This document shows, piece by piece, positions 38,075 to 51,240 of a DNA stretch of 64,000 nucleotides. A model generated the notes under the pieces. The model was not told the DNA's origin. It was given only the letters and a program-made list of their open reading frames with translations, and did no database searches. The position numbers were made by a program, and so were the translations under genes. Position 1 is the stretch's first letter. Each line of letters opens with the position of its first letter. The stretch is from Malacoraja senta (lineage: Eukaryota), in the NCBI GenBank assembly GCA_038087875.1, contig CM075988.1, positions 21,268,001 through 21,332,000 of the forward strand. Direction: 5' to 3'.

Positions 38075-38678
38075 AGGCCCCGTCCCACTAACGTGTCCTT
38101 GGCACGCAAATTACGCAACCTCGTCGTCGCGTTGAGGCGGGGCCTGTCCCACTGAGACGCACGGAGGGGTATGTAGTTGTGCCCGATATCGCGCGGCGCT
38201 CCGAAATTTTGTAGCGAACGAAATCTGACGTAACTGACGGCCAAAGTGGGACAGGCCCAAGACCCTGGTGCGACGCAACGTCTCACCTCCAACAGCAGCA
38301 GAAGCAGGCAAGCGATCGCCGAGCTCGGCCTGGGGCTCACGGCCGTTGCGGATCCCGATCCGGCCCCACTCCTACTCCCAGAGCGGGGCAAAGAAAATTG
38401 AAGATAGACACAAAATGCAGCAGTAACTCAGCGGGATCAGCAGCTTCTCTGGAGAGAAGCAATGGGTGACGTTTCGGGTCAAGACCCTTCTTTCAGACTG
38501 AAGAAGAGTCTCGACACGAAACATCACCCATTGCTTCTCTCCAGAGATGCTGCCGGTCCCGCTGAGTTACTCCAGGCGCCCGTGCGGACGCATGAAGTCG
38601 CGCGGGACCATCGCGCCTCAACGCAACCACGAGGTCGCGTAATTAGCGTGCCAAGGACACGTAAGTGGGACAGGGGCT
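38075..38678. mobile_element. Composite Harbinger-type MITE containing a nested MITE (38140-38258) and a PLE foldback (~38400-38576)
   Basis: ~65-bp outer TIRs flanked by TAA; inner GGGCCTGTCCCACT...AGTGGGACAGGCCC. Confidence 0.75.
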
Positions 38679-39679
38679 TAACTCAGTGGGTCAGGCGGCA
38701 CCTCTGGAAATCATGGGCTACCATGGTTGACGGACACCAAGTCTGGAGTAACTCAGTGGGCCTGTCTGAAGAAGGTTCCCAACCCAAAACATCACCGATC
38801 CATAATCTCCAGAGATGTCGCCTGACCCGTCGAGTTATTCCATCACTGTCTATTTGTTTAGAATCTTCTTCTAGTTTCACTTAGTTTAGGTTAGTTTAGA
38901 GATACAGCGTGGAAACAGGCCCTTTGGCCCACCGAGTCCGTGCTGACCAGCGATCCCCCCGTACACTAGTTCCACCCTACACACTGGGAACGATTCGCAG
39001 AGGCCAATTAACCGACAAACCTACACGTCTTTTGGATGTGGGGGGGAAACCGGAGCAGCAGGAGGAAACCCACGCAGGGAGAACATGCAAACTCCAGACA
39101 GACAGCACCTGATCGAAGATCGAACCCGGGTCTCTGGCGCTGTAAATATGAAAGAGTCAGATTTTAATTGCCAAATGAGCAGCATTACGGTCTGAATGCT
39201 TCAACCCCCCCCTGGGCTGAAAGCTCACATAAAAACGTGTTCACCATTTCCAGGCAAAACAACTGATGACTGCGCCTGCTTCACGCTCCAATGAGTTATT
39301 ATTTTGCTCGCTTGGGTTTTCCTTTGAGCATTTGTAATGAAAACTCTCAAACAGAAATGCACCTTAGGAAGGATTAATTTAGAGATCTCACTTCACAGTT
39401 AAATGCAGCTCTCTCTCATTTCTGTCTAATTAAATTCAACTTACTGTCCATAAACTCGATGCCTTGTTTGTGGAGTCATATCTTTAGTTGCCTGTCACTG
39501 CCACACTGGAAGGACTGATGCTGTATCTATCCAAAATGCTTCTTGTGGCAAAGTCGTGGAGACTGTCTGTGCGAAGGTCACTATTATGGCCAATTAATTC
39601 CTCGACAATCATTTAATCAATTCCTAACCTCAAGGCTCGTGCGCTTGGTGCAAAGAGACAATGTTTTACTGATGTACAG

Positions 39680-39980
39680 GAGATACAGCGCGGAAACAGG
39701 CCCTTCCGACCACCGGCTTCGCGCCGACCAGCGATCCCCATACCCTCAACACTATCCTACACACACACACACACACAAGGGACAATTTACAATCTTCACC
39801 GAAGCCAGTTAACCTACAAACCTGTACGTCTTTGGAGTGTGGGAGGAAACCGGAGCACCCGGCGAAAACCCACGTGGTCACGGGGAGAACGGAAAAAAAC
39901 TCTGTACAGACAGCACCCGCAGTCAGGATCGAACCAGGGTCTCTGGCGCTGTAAGGCAGCAACTCTACCGCTGCGCCCCT
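39680..39980 (-). mobile_element. V-SINE (HE1-like)
   Basis: A/B boxes, V-domain and tail on minus. Confidence 0.88.
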
Positions 39981-40684
39981 CATGTGTAAAGAGACACATT
40001 TTTACGTGTGTTGGTGGTGGAGACAGATACGATAGTGGTGTTTAAAATACTTTTGGGCAGGCACATGGATATGTGGGGAATGGAGAGGTATGGATCACGT
40101 GCAGGTAGATTCGTTTATCTTGGTATCAAAGGTAGACACAAAATACTGGAGTAACTCAGCGGGACAGGCAGCATCTATGGAGAGAAAGAATGGGTGATGT
40201 TTTGGGTCGAGACCCTTCTTCAGACTGACCTTATCTTATCTTGGGTGGACAAAAATGCTGGAGAAACTCAGCGGGTGAGGCAGCATCTATGGAGCGAAGG
40301 AAATAGGTGACGTTTCGGGTCGAGACCCTTCTTCAGACTGATCTTATCTTATCTTGGTATCATGCTTGGTGCAGAACTTGTGGGCCGAAGGGTCTGTTCC
40401 TACGCTGCATTATTTGCTCTGTGGAGACGCAAGGAACCGCAGATGCTGGTTTGCAAGAGGAAAAAAGACACAAATTGCTGGAGTAGCAGAAGGTCAGGCA
40501 GCATCTCTGGAGAGGTGACATTTCGGGTCAGGTCCCTTCTTCAGGCTCAAAGTCTTCAAAAGAAGGATCCTGACTAGAAACGTCACCTAATGTTTAATGT
40601 TTTATGCGTCATTCCTAACTGTCATTGTATGTCAAGTTGTCACTTGCGGGTGGAGCACCAAGGCAAATTCCTTGTATGTGAATA

Positions 40685-41330
40685 CATAGAAACATAGACA
40701 ATAGGTGCAGGAGTAGGCCATTCGGCCCTTCGAGCCAGCACCGCCATTCAATATGATCATGGCTGATCATCCAACTCAGTATCCTGTACCTGCCTTCTCT
40801 CCATACCCCCCGATCCCTTTAGCCACAAGGGCCACATCTAACTCCCTCTTAAATATAGCCAATGAACTGGCCTCAACTACTTTCTGTAGCAGAGAATTCC
40901 ACAGATTCACCACTCTGTGTGAAAAAGAAAATTCTCATCTCGGTCCTAAAAGACTTCCCCCTTATCCTTAAACTGTGACCCCTTGTCCTGGACTTCCCCA
41001 ACATCGGGAACAATCTTCCTGCATCTAGCCTGTCCAACCCCTTAAGAATTTTGTAAGTTTCTATAAGATCCCCCCTCAATCTTCTAAATTCCAACGAGTA
41101 CAAGCCGAGTCTATCCAGTCTTTCTTCATATGAAAGTCCTGCCATCCCAGGAATCAATCTGGTGAACCTTCTCTGTACTCCCTCTATGGCAAGAATGTCT
41201 TTCCTCAGATTAGGAGACCAAAACTGTGTGCAATACTCCAGGTGTGGTCTCACCAAGACCCTGTACAACTGCAGTAGAACCTCCCTGCTCCTATACTCAA
41301 ATCCTTTTGCTATGAATGCTAACATACCAT
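40685..41330 (-). mobile_element. CR1-type LINE ORF2 C-terminal fragment with 3' tail
   Basis: GMLAFIAKGFEYRSREVLLQLYRVLVRPHLEYCTQFWSPNLRKDILAIEGVQRRFTRLIPG... Confidence 0.93.
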
Positions 41331-42013
41331 TGGCCAATAAACTTATTCATTCATATCCATGTTCTCCAGTGATGCTGCCTGTGCTGTTCTATGTTCTATG
41401 ACACATGAGATACAGGTTGTCTGGGTGTGAACTGCCTGGAAATAATACATAATCTCTCCAGACTTTTATGCACAACTTCATTCAATAACATACCAAAAAT
41501 AATATATAGTGTTCGCACACCATAATTAAACCTTTCATCCCAGCTTCAAAGCCAATGGAACAAAGGGTGGCTTTTTTTTTTGATGATTACAGTCATCCAT
41601 TCTAAATACAGATTCCAACATAAAAATCTGTAGGGGCTGGAAAGCTAAACTATGAGCAGAAAATGCTGTAAATACTCGACTGGACAGGCAGCGGCTGTGG
41701 AGATGGGAACTCATTCCAGTTGAATAACTCTACTGGAGTTGGTGACAAAGGCTTGCACAGCTGAAAGGTTAATTCTGTTCCCGTCTCCACACATGTTCGG
41801 TGACCTGTTCAGTGTCCCGAGCGTTTTCTGTTTTTATTACGCATTCCTCGGGATTTAGTTACACCACATCACTCAACGCTGAATGTACGCTGCATGCCTC
41901 AAGACCAGGCCCGGGGGGGTTTTCATAAACTCTGCTTTCTTTTTAAACTTTGCCTGCCGATTATTTGCCTGTCGAGAGGAAACCAGCGATACAACTACCT
42001 GTGTTAACATCAA

Positions 42014-42156
42014 AGGGAGACAAAAATGCTGGGGAAACTCAGCGGGTGAGGCAGCATCTATGGAGCGAAGGAAATAGGTGACATTTCGGGTCGAGACCCT
42101 TCGCTCCATAGATGCTGCCTCACCCGCTGAGTTTCTCCAGCATTTTTGTCTACCTT
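42014..42156. mobile_element. Penelope-derived foldback element
   Basis: Inverted arms; exact 14-bp TSD TGTGTTAACATCAA at 42000-42013 and 42157-42170. Confidence 0.85.
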
Positions 42157-42429
42157 TGTGTTAACATCAAGAATATTTGATGGTAGTCTGCGCTGGAAGG
42201 TTTGTTTGCACGGGATCACGGGAGAGTTGGCAGACTGGATATATGGAGACAAGGAACTGCAGATCAGTTTAGTTTAGAGATGCAGAGCGGTAACAGGCCC
42301 TTCGGTCCACCGTGTCAACGCCGACCGGTGATCCCCGCACATTAACACCATCCTACACACCAGGGACAACTTACAGCTTGTTTTTTTTTACAGAAGCCAA
42401 GGAACCTGAGGTGAGGTGAGAAGGTGAGG

Positions 42430-42692
42430 TGAGAAAAAACGTTTTCACCCAGAGAGTTGTGAATTTGTGGAATTCCCTGCCACAGAGGGCAGTGGAGGCC
42501 ATGTCACTGGATGGATTTAAGAGAGAGTTAGATAGAGCTCTAGGGGCTAGTGGAGTCAAGGGATATGGGGAGAAGGCAGGCACGGGTTATTGATAGGGGA
42601 CGATCAGCCATGATCACAATGAATGGCGGTGCTGGCTCGAAGGGCCGAATGGCCTCCTCCTGCACCTATTTTCTATGTTTCTATGTTTCTAT
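42430..42692 (+). mobile_element. CR1-type LINE 3' fragment inside a V-SINE
   Basis: FTQRVVNLWNSLP; (TTTCTATG)n tail. Confidence 0.88.
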
Positions 42693-42844
42693 GAACCGAA
42701 ATGCCCACATGTATCTGAAGTGTGGGAGGAAACCGGACCACGCGGAGAAAACCCACACAGGTCACTGGGAGAAGGTACAAACTCTGTACAGACAGCACCC
42801 GTAGTCAGGATCGAACCCGGGTCTGTGGCGCTGTGAGGCCGTCT

Positions 42845-43656
42845 GTCTTTTTTTTTTTTTTTTGTTTCGTTTGAGTTTTGTATAATGTGTTTTTTTTAAC
42901 TGGGTATGTGTGGGGGGGCGGGGGGCGGGGTTGGGGGTGGGGAAACTTTTAAAATCTTTTCCCTGCACGGGAGACCAGACCTTTCTCTGTCGGGTCTCCG
43001 TTGTCGTTGGGGCCTAGCACCGTGGAGCGGCCTCCAACCGGAACGATCTGGGGCTCCAGTCGCGGAGCCTGCGGACTACTCACCATCGCGGAGCTGGCCG
43101 AGTTCGGAGCGGGAGGAGCTGTGGTGGCGCGCTGCTGCTACCCGACCCCGGAGATTCGGAGGCTTCAGCCGCAGGTCTGGTGGACGGTAACATCGGGAGC
43201 TCGCGGGTCCATGGTGGGAGACCGCTTTTCGGGGCTCCCGCAACGGCAGCTACTCCCGCCCGAGTTGCGGGGTTGAGGATGACCTGGAGCGGGGTCTGGC
43301 ATCGCCCCGGCGCGGCATTGGTGGCCGTGGGACTTGCTGGCGCTACCGGGGGCTACAACATCAAGAGCAGGAGCGTGGCCTTGCATCGCCCGGCGCGGCT
43401 TTTATGGCCGCGGGACATATCTACAATCGCCCGCCGGGGGCTTTGACTTTGACATCGGGAGGAGAATGGGGAGTGCAGGGGAGAGACAAGACTTTGCCTT
43501 CCATCACAGTGAGGAGGAGATTCACTGTGATGGATGTTTGTGTAAATTGTGTTGTGTCTTGGTTCTTTTTACTTGTTTGTATGACTGCAGAAACAGAATT
43601 TCGTTTGAACTTAGGTTCAAATGACACCAAATAAATATCTATCTATCTATCTATCT
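42845..43656 (+). mobile_element. GC-rich non-coding retroposon-like insert
   Basis: Interrupts a SINE head; ends with stem-loop TTTGAAC..GTTCAAA, AATAAA and (TATC)n. Confidence 0.5.
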
Positions 43657-44007
43657 GCCTGTCGGTCACCGTGCTGTCCTGAGACTTGCAATGACTTGGA
43701 GGTATTGAGCCAAGCTGTCCCTCCACAGAGTGGGAAACCACCCCTGTCTCCGTTGGTCGTAAACGTTCCCTGCGCAGTTTTGAAGATAAGAGAGATTCCG
43801 TCTGAAGAAGGGTCTCAACCCGAAACGTCACCCATTCCTTCTATCCAGAGATGCTGCCTGTCCCGCTGAGTTACTCCAGCTTTTTGTGTCTATCTTCCTT
43901 CTTGGGGCTCTGGGCGACAGCTAATTGGTTTGCATCACTGCCGTGTGTGGGAGAGGGGTGGGGGGGTCTTGCAGCAAACAAAGTGACTGCAGGATCCCAC
44001 AACACAC

Positions 44008-44313
44008 AAGGCGGCACGGTTGCGCAGCGTTGGAGATGCAGCTTCACAGGGTTCGATCCTGACCACGGGTGCTGTCTGTACGGAGTTTGTACCTTCTCCC
44101 TTGACCCGAGAGGGGTTTTCTCCGGGATCTCCGATTTTTCCTCCCACACTCTTTTCAAAGATGTACAGGTTTGTAGGGTTAATTGGGTTGGTGTAATTGT
44201 AAATTGCCCATATTGTGTGCTGGATAATGCTAGTGTGCGGGGATCGCAGATCGGCGCGGACTCAGTGGGCCGAAGGGCCTGTTTTTTGCGCTGTATCTCT
44301 AAACTAAACTAAA
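44008..44313 (+). mobile_element. V-SINE (HE1-like)
   Basis: Head, B-box, V-domain and (CTAAA)n tail. Confidence 0.88.
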
Positions 44314-44703
44314 CACAACAGAAGGACTTCAGAACACCAGGAAGTGCGAGGGCAGCCCTCAAGTTGTGTCTTTGCTGTCACCATGTTGATGCTTCTGGCT
44401 GAAACACCAGACCATCCAAAGCTAAAATGGATCCCTTCCCTTGACCGATACACTACAACCTGCACTTACTTTATTTTCCAATTATGTTTTTGTACTAGTG
44501 TGGTTTAGTTTAGAATAGTTTAGAGATAAAGCGTGGAAACAGGCCCTTCAGCCCACTGAGTCCACACCAACCAGTGTCTTGTTTTTTATTTGCATATGTC
44601 ATCTTTCTTTTTAGAGTTTGTGTGCGATTTGTGTGCAATTCATGCAATTTGTTTGTAATTTATGTGTAACATTTATACTTTATGTGTAGCCTATGTATAA
44701 TTT

Positions 44704-44960
44704 GGTGTGTGTGTGTGTGAGCGTGTGAGTGTGTGTGTGTGTGCGCGCGTGCGTGTGTATGTGTGTGGTGTGTGAGCGTGTGTGTGTGTGTGTATGTGTG
44801 AGCGTGCGAGTGTGTGCGTGTGTGAGTGCGTGTGTGCGTGTGTGTGTGCGCGCATGCGTGTGTGTGTGTACATGTGTATGTGTGTGGTGTGTGAGCGTGT
44901 GTGTGTGCGTGCGTGTGCGCGTGTGTGTGTGTATGCGCGCTTGTGTGTGTGTGTGCGCGT
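44704..44960. repeat. (GT)n/(GC)n microsatellite
   Basis: Direct reading. Confidence 0.97.
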
Positions 44961-46578
44961 CAAAGACTCTGTGCTTACAATGCTGCTCCAACATTATCTG
45001 ATCAATACGCAGAAAAGATCAATTAATAGGTCACAAAGACACCTGGAAATTGGGAACTAATCAGTTTCGTTTATTGCCACGTGTAGTGAGGTACAGTGAA
45101 AAGCTTTTGCTGCTTTAAACCAAAAAGCTACGGAGAAATGATGGCAAGATACTAAAAAAAAACATAAACTTAAATATAACTTGCATCCAAAGTTAATAAC
45201 TACATAACAACACTACTCCCATGCAAGAGAAAGTGCGGAATTGGCAGTTACATCTGTAACTCATTTCCCAGTATTTCTTTTCTCTGGATGATGTATATTC
45301 AAAAGGTCTTGTTTCCTCTTGTTTACATTCTCAAGAGGCTGGCATCGATTTAGTGTGACTTAGCTGCACCGGCAGGCCAAGGAAGGCAGCAGTGAGCGAG
45401 TTGTGGATGCTGCTCCAAATGTCAAGGTGAAATTCACGGACCACTGAGACACAGAATTAGAGGCGCAAAAGAAATAAAGACCATAATCGTTGCGAGAGGC
45501 AGGAGGGGAAAGCCAGCCGACCTGGCTGTGTCATTCAGCTCAGGGCAACGTTCCAAACACAATGAGGGTTCAGTTCCAACAGATGCCCAATGTCATCAAT
45601 TACTTTATCAAATGAAGATGGCACGGTGGTGCAGCGGTAGAATTGCTGCCTTACAGCGTCAAAGACTCGAGTTCGACCCCGACAACAATCCTGAAACCGG
45701 AGCACCCGGAGAAAAATTACGCGGTCACGGGGAGAACGTGCAAACTCCGTACGGTCAACACCAGCAGTCAGCATGGAACCCCCGGGTCTCTGGCGCCGCG
45801 AGGTGGAAACTCTACTGCCGCGCCACCGTGCTGACTCTATGCACACTCCATTTTGTATTTACCGCTTTTGTTGCATGTTGTACATTTACCTTTCACCCCC
45901 AGAATCAACGTCAGGAGATGAATTGGGACGTGTCTCAATGTCACAAGTGTCACGGAGTTACCTCGTCTGTTTCTCCCACGAGATGTACGAGACTGAACTG
46001 GTATATATAACACAACTGTGTGTGTGTGTCAGCTGCTTGACTTGACATCCATACATTAGCATTACAGATAGATGGCACACCTTCTGTTCCAACCAAGGGA
46101 AGGATAATTAAATGGTGTCCATTAACTCAATTGCCTTGACAGGGACAATGAATTCAACTCCAGGAGGGGTGGGGGGGGGGGGGGGGGGGGTATAATCCCT
46201 GGGGCATTGTTTGCCACAGACAGCTCACTCCCCAATAACGTCACCCCTCATTCATCAAAGAGCAGAACCTTCTGAAATCCCAACCTCAAAATTAAAAAGT
46301 AAGGACAATGTACTGAGCAGGGAGGAACTGCAGATGCTAGTTGAAACCAAAGATAGGCGCAAAAAGCTGGAGTAACTCAGCGGGTCAGGCAGCATCTCTG
46401 GAGAAAAACAATAGGTGACATTACTGGTCGAGACCCTTCTTCAGACTTAGTCAGAGGAAAGGGAAACCGGAGATGTAGGCGGTGATGTAGAGAGGTGTAG
46501 AACAAATGAATGAAAGATATGCAAAAAAGTAACAATGATATAAGGGAAACAGGCTATTGTTGGCTGAAAAAGAGTTAA

Positions 46579-46846
46579 GGGCCTGTCCCACTTGGCGATT
46601 TTTTCGGCGACTGCCGGCATCATTGACGGACGTATCAGGTCACCGATAAACGTCACGGCGCGACGACGTATCGACGCGCGGTGTTTCCTCAAGTGTCGCA
46701 ACATTTTTTTTGTCGCCGCTGGATTTTGAAATGTCCAAAACCCAGCGGTGACTGCCGGCAGTCACGCCGCGCCGTTTTCGGTGACCTGATACGCCAGTCA
46801 ATGATGCCGGCAGTCGCCGAAAAAAATCGCCATGTTGGACAGGCCC
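46579..46846. mobile_element. PIF/Harbinger-type MITE with long inverted arms
   Basis: TAA|GGGCCTGTCCCACTTGGCGATTTTTTCGGCGACTGCCGGCATCATTGAC... with its reverse complement at the right end. Confidence 0.78.
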
Positions 46847-46929
46847 TATACAGGTAAAGAAGATGTACTTCTTTCCACATTTAGACATTTTCCCATTCAC
46901 AACCCAGCTCTCCAGAAAGACCACATGAA

Positions 46930-47122
46930 ATTGTAAAGAGCTGTAGATGTAGGCTTCGGACCAGACTTCTCACCATTGACTTCATCTACACTTCACGCTG
47001 CCTCGAGAGAAGCACCCAACATAATCAAAGACTTGGCGCACCCTTCTTAGGTCCCTCTTCTCCCTGTTCCCATCCGGCAGATGGTACAGAAGCTTGAAGG
47101 CGCGCACCACCAGACTCAGGAA
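46930..47122 (+). mobile_element. Rex1/Babar-like LINE ORF C-terminal fragment
   Basis: IDFIYTSRCL..NIIKDLAHP..SLFSLFPSGRWYRSLKARTTRLR (frameshifted). Confidence 0.75.
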
Positions 47123-47504
47123 ATGATTGTCACACAGAGAGTGGTGTATGGATCGATATGTCGGAGGAAGCAGTTGTGGTCGGTACTATAGCACCAAGGA
47201 CAGGTGCATGGATATGAAAGGGTTATAGGCCAAACATGGGCAAATGGGTCGAGTTTAGGCCGGGCATCTTGGTCGGCATGGCCACATTGGACCATTAAGG
47301 GCTTGTTCCCGTACTCTGCGACTTAGTTTGGGTGGCGCAGCGGTAGAGTTGCTGCCTCACAGCGCCAGAGACCCAGGTTCGATCCTGACTGCGGATGCTG
47401 GCTGTACGGAGTTTGTGCGTTCTCCCCGTGACCTCGTGGGTTTTCTCCGGGTGCTCCGGTTTTCACCCGCACTCGGCTCACCGAGTCCGTACCGATAATT
47501 CACT

Positions 47505-47895
47505 AGTTCCATGTTGGTATAACATGAGCTGCCTGCCCAGGGTTACATCCGTGCCCGGGTGGTACTTGCGAGGTATGGGCAGCCTGGGGGATTTCCTGGA
47601 CCGCTGGGCAATGCGGGGGGAGGGGGGGGGGGCGGGACGACGACTTGGTACTGGAGTTGGTCATTTCAATACCAGCATGTGGAGACGGGGGCTCCACCAG
47701 AGCCCAGCCTGTGAATGCGGAGCAGAACAACAGACAGCCAACCATGTCATCTCTGGGTGCCCGCTCTACCACCCACCAAATGGAGCTCAGTCAGGGCCTG
47801 GCAGGCATTGACGCCAACAGAGACAACAACCTGGCTGCTCAACAGCCAGCTTGAGATCTCACTATACCTTTGGTTTGTGTTTCATTCACAAGAAG
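47505..47895 (+). mobile_element. Vingi/I-group LINE C-terminal fragment (CCHC knuckle)
   Basis: RLGTGVGHFNTSMWRRGLHQSPACECGAEQQTANHVISGCPLYHPPNG. Confidence 0.7.
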
Positions 47896-49774
47896 ATGGT
47901 GGTGGGTGTGTTACCACTGTTTGGTTTTTAAATATATCTTTTTTTAATAATAATTGAAGAAATTACTTTTGGTTAAAGGAGAAAGAATCGATTCCAGTCA
48001 CAGTCACGTTTGCAAAGTGTGAATTCTCACTTCGGAGAGCACCTAAATTATATTTGATTTCAAATAGTTTTCCCCCCACAATCATTCAGCCCCCCGCGAA
48101 TTGATCAACCGGCGGCAAGTTAGAGGGCCGCAAAGATTAGCTTTGTCTGAAGAAGGGTCTCGACCCGAACCATCGCCCATTCATTCTCTCCAGGCCCGCC
48201 GAGTTACGCCAGCATTTTGCGACTATCTTCGATTTGAACCAGCATCTGCAGTTCCTTCCTGAACAAAGATGTGCTTGTAGTCTATTCTTCTGATGTCACC
48301 ACTGCCCCACAGATGTTTCGAAAACGTTACATTTTGTATCTCTGCGGAGTTTCTTGAACCGCACAAGTGAGAAATTAAACAAGGTCATCGTTGGACAGCC
48401 TGGGGCAAGCGGCACAATGTAACGTTGTCTCCCCCTCCTCCTGTGTTCTCACATGTCCAGCCAACCGCGTGAATGTTGCTGACAGTTGTCTGTGCTCCCT
48501 CCCATCAGACAAAATGACCTTTTGTTTTGAACGATACTTTGTTTACTTTAGAGATACAGCGCGGAAACGGGGACCTTCGTCCCACGGGGTCCACACCGAC
48601 CAGCGATCTCCTGGAAAACACTAGCACTATCCTACACACACCAGGGACAATTTACAAATTATTTTTTTTACCGGAGGATAAAATTAACCTGCAAACTCAT
48701 ATGTCTTTGGAGTGTGGGAGAAAACAGGAGCACCCGGAGAAAACCCACTCGGTCACGGGGAGAACGTACAAACTCCACACAGGCAGCACCCGTGGTCAGG
48801 ATCGAACCCGGCACTGTGAGGCAGCAAGTCTACCGCAGCGCCACCGTGCCGCCCATCACTTGCCAGGCTTTGTATCGTTGTCCTTTTGTTCCATTTCTCT
48901 TCTCCGGCTTTCTGTCCCCGACTACAATCAGCCTGAAGAAGGGCGTCGGCCCAAAATGTCCTTTGTACATTCCCTCCACAGATGCTGCCCGACACGCTGA
49001 GTTCCTCTAGTCATTTGCGTTTTGCCCAATACTTCTCACGTTGCTGGTTACTAACTGCGCTGGAAACTCTTGAAGTCTTGGCAAAGGAAGTCAGTCGGAC
49101 AAACGAGGTGGTGGAGGTTGGTCGTTGACTCGCCACGGAGAACAAAGAGGGTCCTAGCGTGGGGGGGGGGGGGGCCGAGAAAACAAATTGGGACCCAGAA
49201 TGGGCGGGCTGCTGAGAGCAAAGAGAGATCTAGCATTGGGGGGGGGGGGGGGGCGCCAAAAACATAGTGTGTAGACAAAAGTGCTGGAGAAACTCAGCGG
49301 GCGCAGCAGCATCTATGGAGCGAAGGAAATAGGCAACGTTTCGGGCCGAAACCATTCTTCAGAACATATGGGGTGGGGGGGGTTGGCCGAGAAATAAAAT
49401 TGTAACATTGCCGGTGCCCTATACGTGGCGACTCTTTGCATACCTTGTTTATGGCACGCAAAACAAAGAATCTCACTGTGACATGTTACGTGTGAAAATA
49501 AAGCATCAATTAAGCAAAAATTGAATGCATCCCGGGCCAACATCCAGTTATTCAAAATTTAGTATTAAGAAAATTTGGTAACGTGGTGGGTGTGTTGGTT
49601 TTGTTCATTTTTGTTAATATTATTATTGTATATAATTGAATAAATTTACTTTTGATAAAATGATTAAAAAATGTTCATTTCAATGCTGTACCGATGCTCA
49701 GGTCTGGCTGGGAGAAGCCATGCAATCAAGTCAACTCCAGCTGGGAGTTGTGTGCAGGTCGGTGTCTGACTATT

Positions 49775-50085
49775 GTTTAGTTTAGTTTAGTGATACAGCG
49801 CAGAAAGAGGCCCTTCGGCCCACCCAGTCCGCACCGACCAGCAATCCCCGCACACTAACACTATCCTACACACACGAGGGACAATTTACATTGACATTTA
49901 CACCAATCCAATCAACCTACAAACCTGTACGTCTTTGGAGTGTGGGAGGAAACCGGAGCACCTGGAAAAAACCCACGCAGGTCACGGGGAGAATGTACAA
50001 ACTCCGTACAGACAAGCACCTGTAGTCAGGATTGAACCCGGGTCTCTGGGGCTGTGAGGCAGCAACTCTACCGCTGTGCCACTGT
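49775..50085 (-). mobile_element. V-SINE (HE1-like), full length
   Basis: A/B boxes, V-domain and tail on minus. Confidence 0.9.
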
Positions 50086-51029
50086 ATGACTGTTGGGGAA
50101 AGACGCTGAGCCTGACTCTCAAGATGTGCCTGTGCCAGTACTGTGTGGTGTAAAGACAGCTGGGGAATCCAAACCATTTGCGGTATTTATCTCCAAAGAG
50201 CTGGTTAGGCGCAGGGGGTGGGGGGGGGGAAATACTCCTCATACTCCCGCCTGCACTCGTGCAGTGATCGCTGCACCCACCGTAAGCACCGACGGAACTG
50301 CAGCTGATCCAGGAACTTCCAACAGAGCGCTGGCTTACTGGAAAATGCCAACCGAGTTTGTAACCAGAACTGCAGGCAAAACTGTGGTGCAATGGAAGGG
50401 GCGGCACAGCTCCTCACAGCGCCAGAGAATCAGGTTCGATCCCGACCTTGGGCGCTGAATGTGTGGAGTTTGTACGCTCTCCCTAAGGGCTGCGCGGCGG
50501 CACAGTTGCTGCCGTACAGCGCCAGAGACCAGAGTTCGACCCTGCCCTCGGGTGCTGTCTGTACGGGGATTGTACGTTCTCCATGTGACCACGTGGGTTT
50601 CCTCCGGGTGCTCCGGTTTCTTACCACATCCCAAAGATGTGCGGGTTTGTAGGCTGACGGGGTTCTGTAAATTGCCCCTGGTGTGTACGATACAGAAGTG
50701 GGGTAGCATGGACCTCGCTTTGTTCATGGTGGACCTGTTGACATGCTGTATCTCTAAACTAAACATGCAGGTTTGTAGGACAATTGGCCTCCGTGAAATT
50801 GCCCCAGGCACGTGGAGTGGATGAGATAGTGGCCATCGATGGTCGGCATGGACTCGGAGGGCCGAAGGGCCCTTTTCCATGCAGTATCTTTCAAATTCGA
50901 TAGGTGGGGGGAAATTAAATAGCTCCTCATCCAACAAAAAAGTTATTTTATTTTAAAATTGTTCTACTTAAGAGTCAAGAACGTTTTATTGTCATATTTC
51001 CTACAACAGAACAATTAAATTCTCGTGTC

Positions 51030-51240
51030 CGAAGGAAGTGCAGATGCTGGTTTAAACCAGAGATAGACACAAAAAGCTGGAGTAACTCAGCAGGACAGGC
51101 AGCATCTCTGGAGAGAAGGAATGGGTAACATTTCGGTTCGAGTCTGAAGAAGGGTCTTGACCCGGAACGTCACCCATTCCTTCTCTCCAGAGATGTTGCC
51201 TGTCCCGCTGAGTTACTCCAGCTTTTTGTGTCTACCTTCA
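51030..51240. mobile_element. Penelope-derived foldback element
   Basis: Inverted arms with central CTGAAGAAGGGTCTTGACCCGGAACGTC. Confidence 0.8.

Noticed and set aside
40873..41337. Functional reverse transcriptase gene
   Set aside because: 5'-truncated CR1 C-terminus with no RT core, and frameshifted near the end.
45903..46000. Possible exon after acceptor TTTACCTTTCACCCCCAG
   Set aside because: Weak donor (GTATAT) and an unrecognised peptide.
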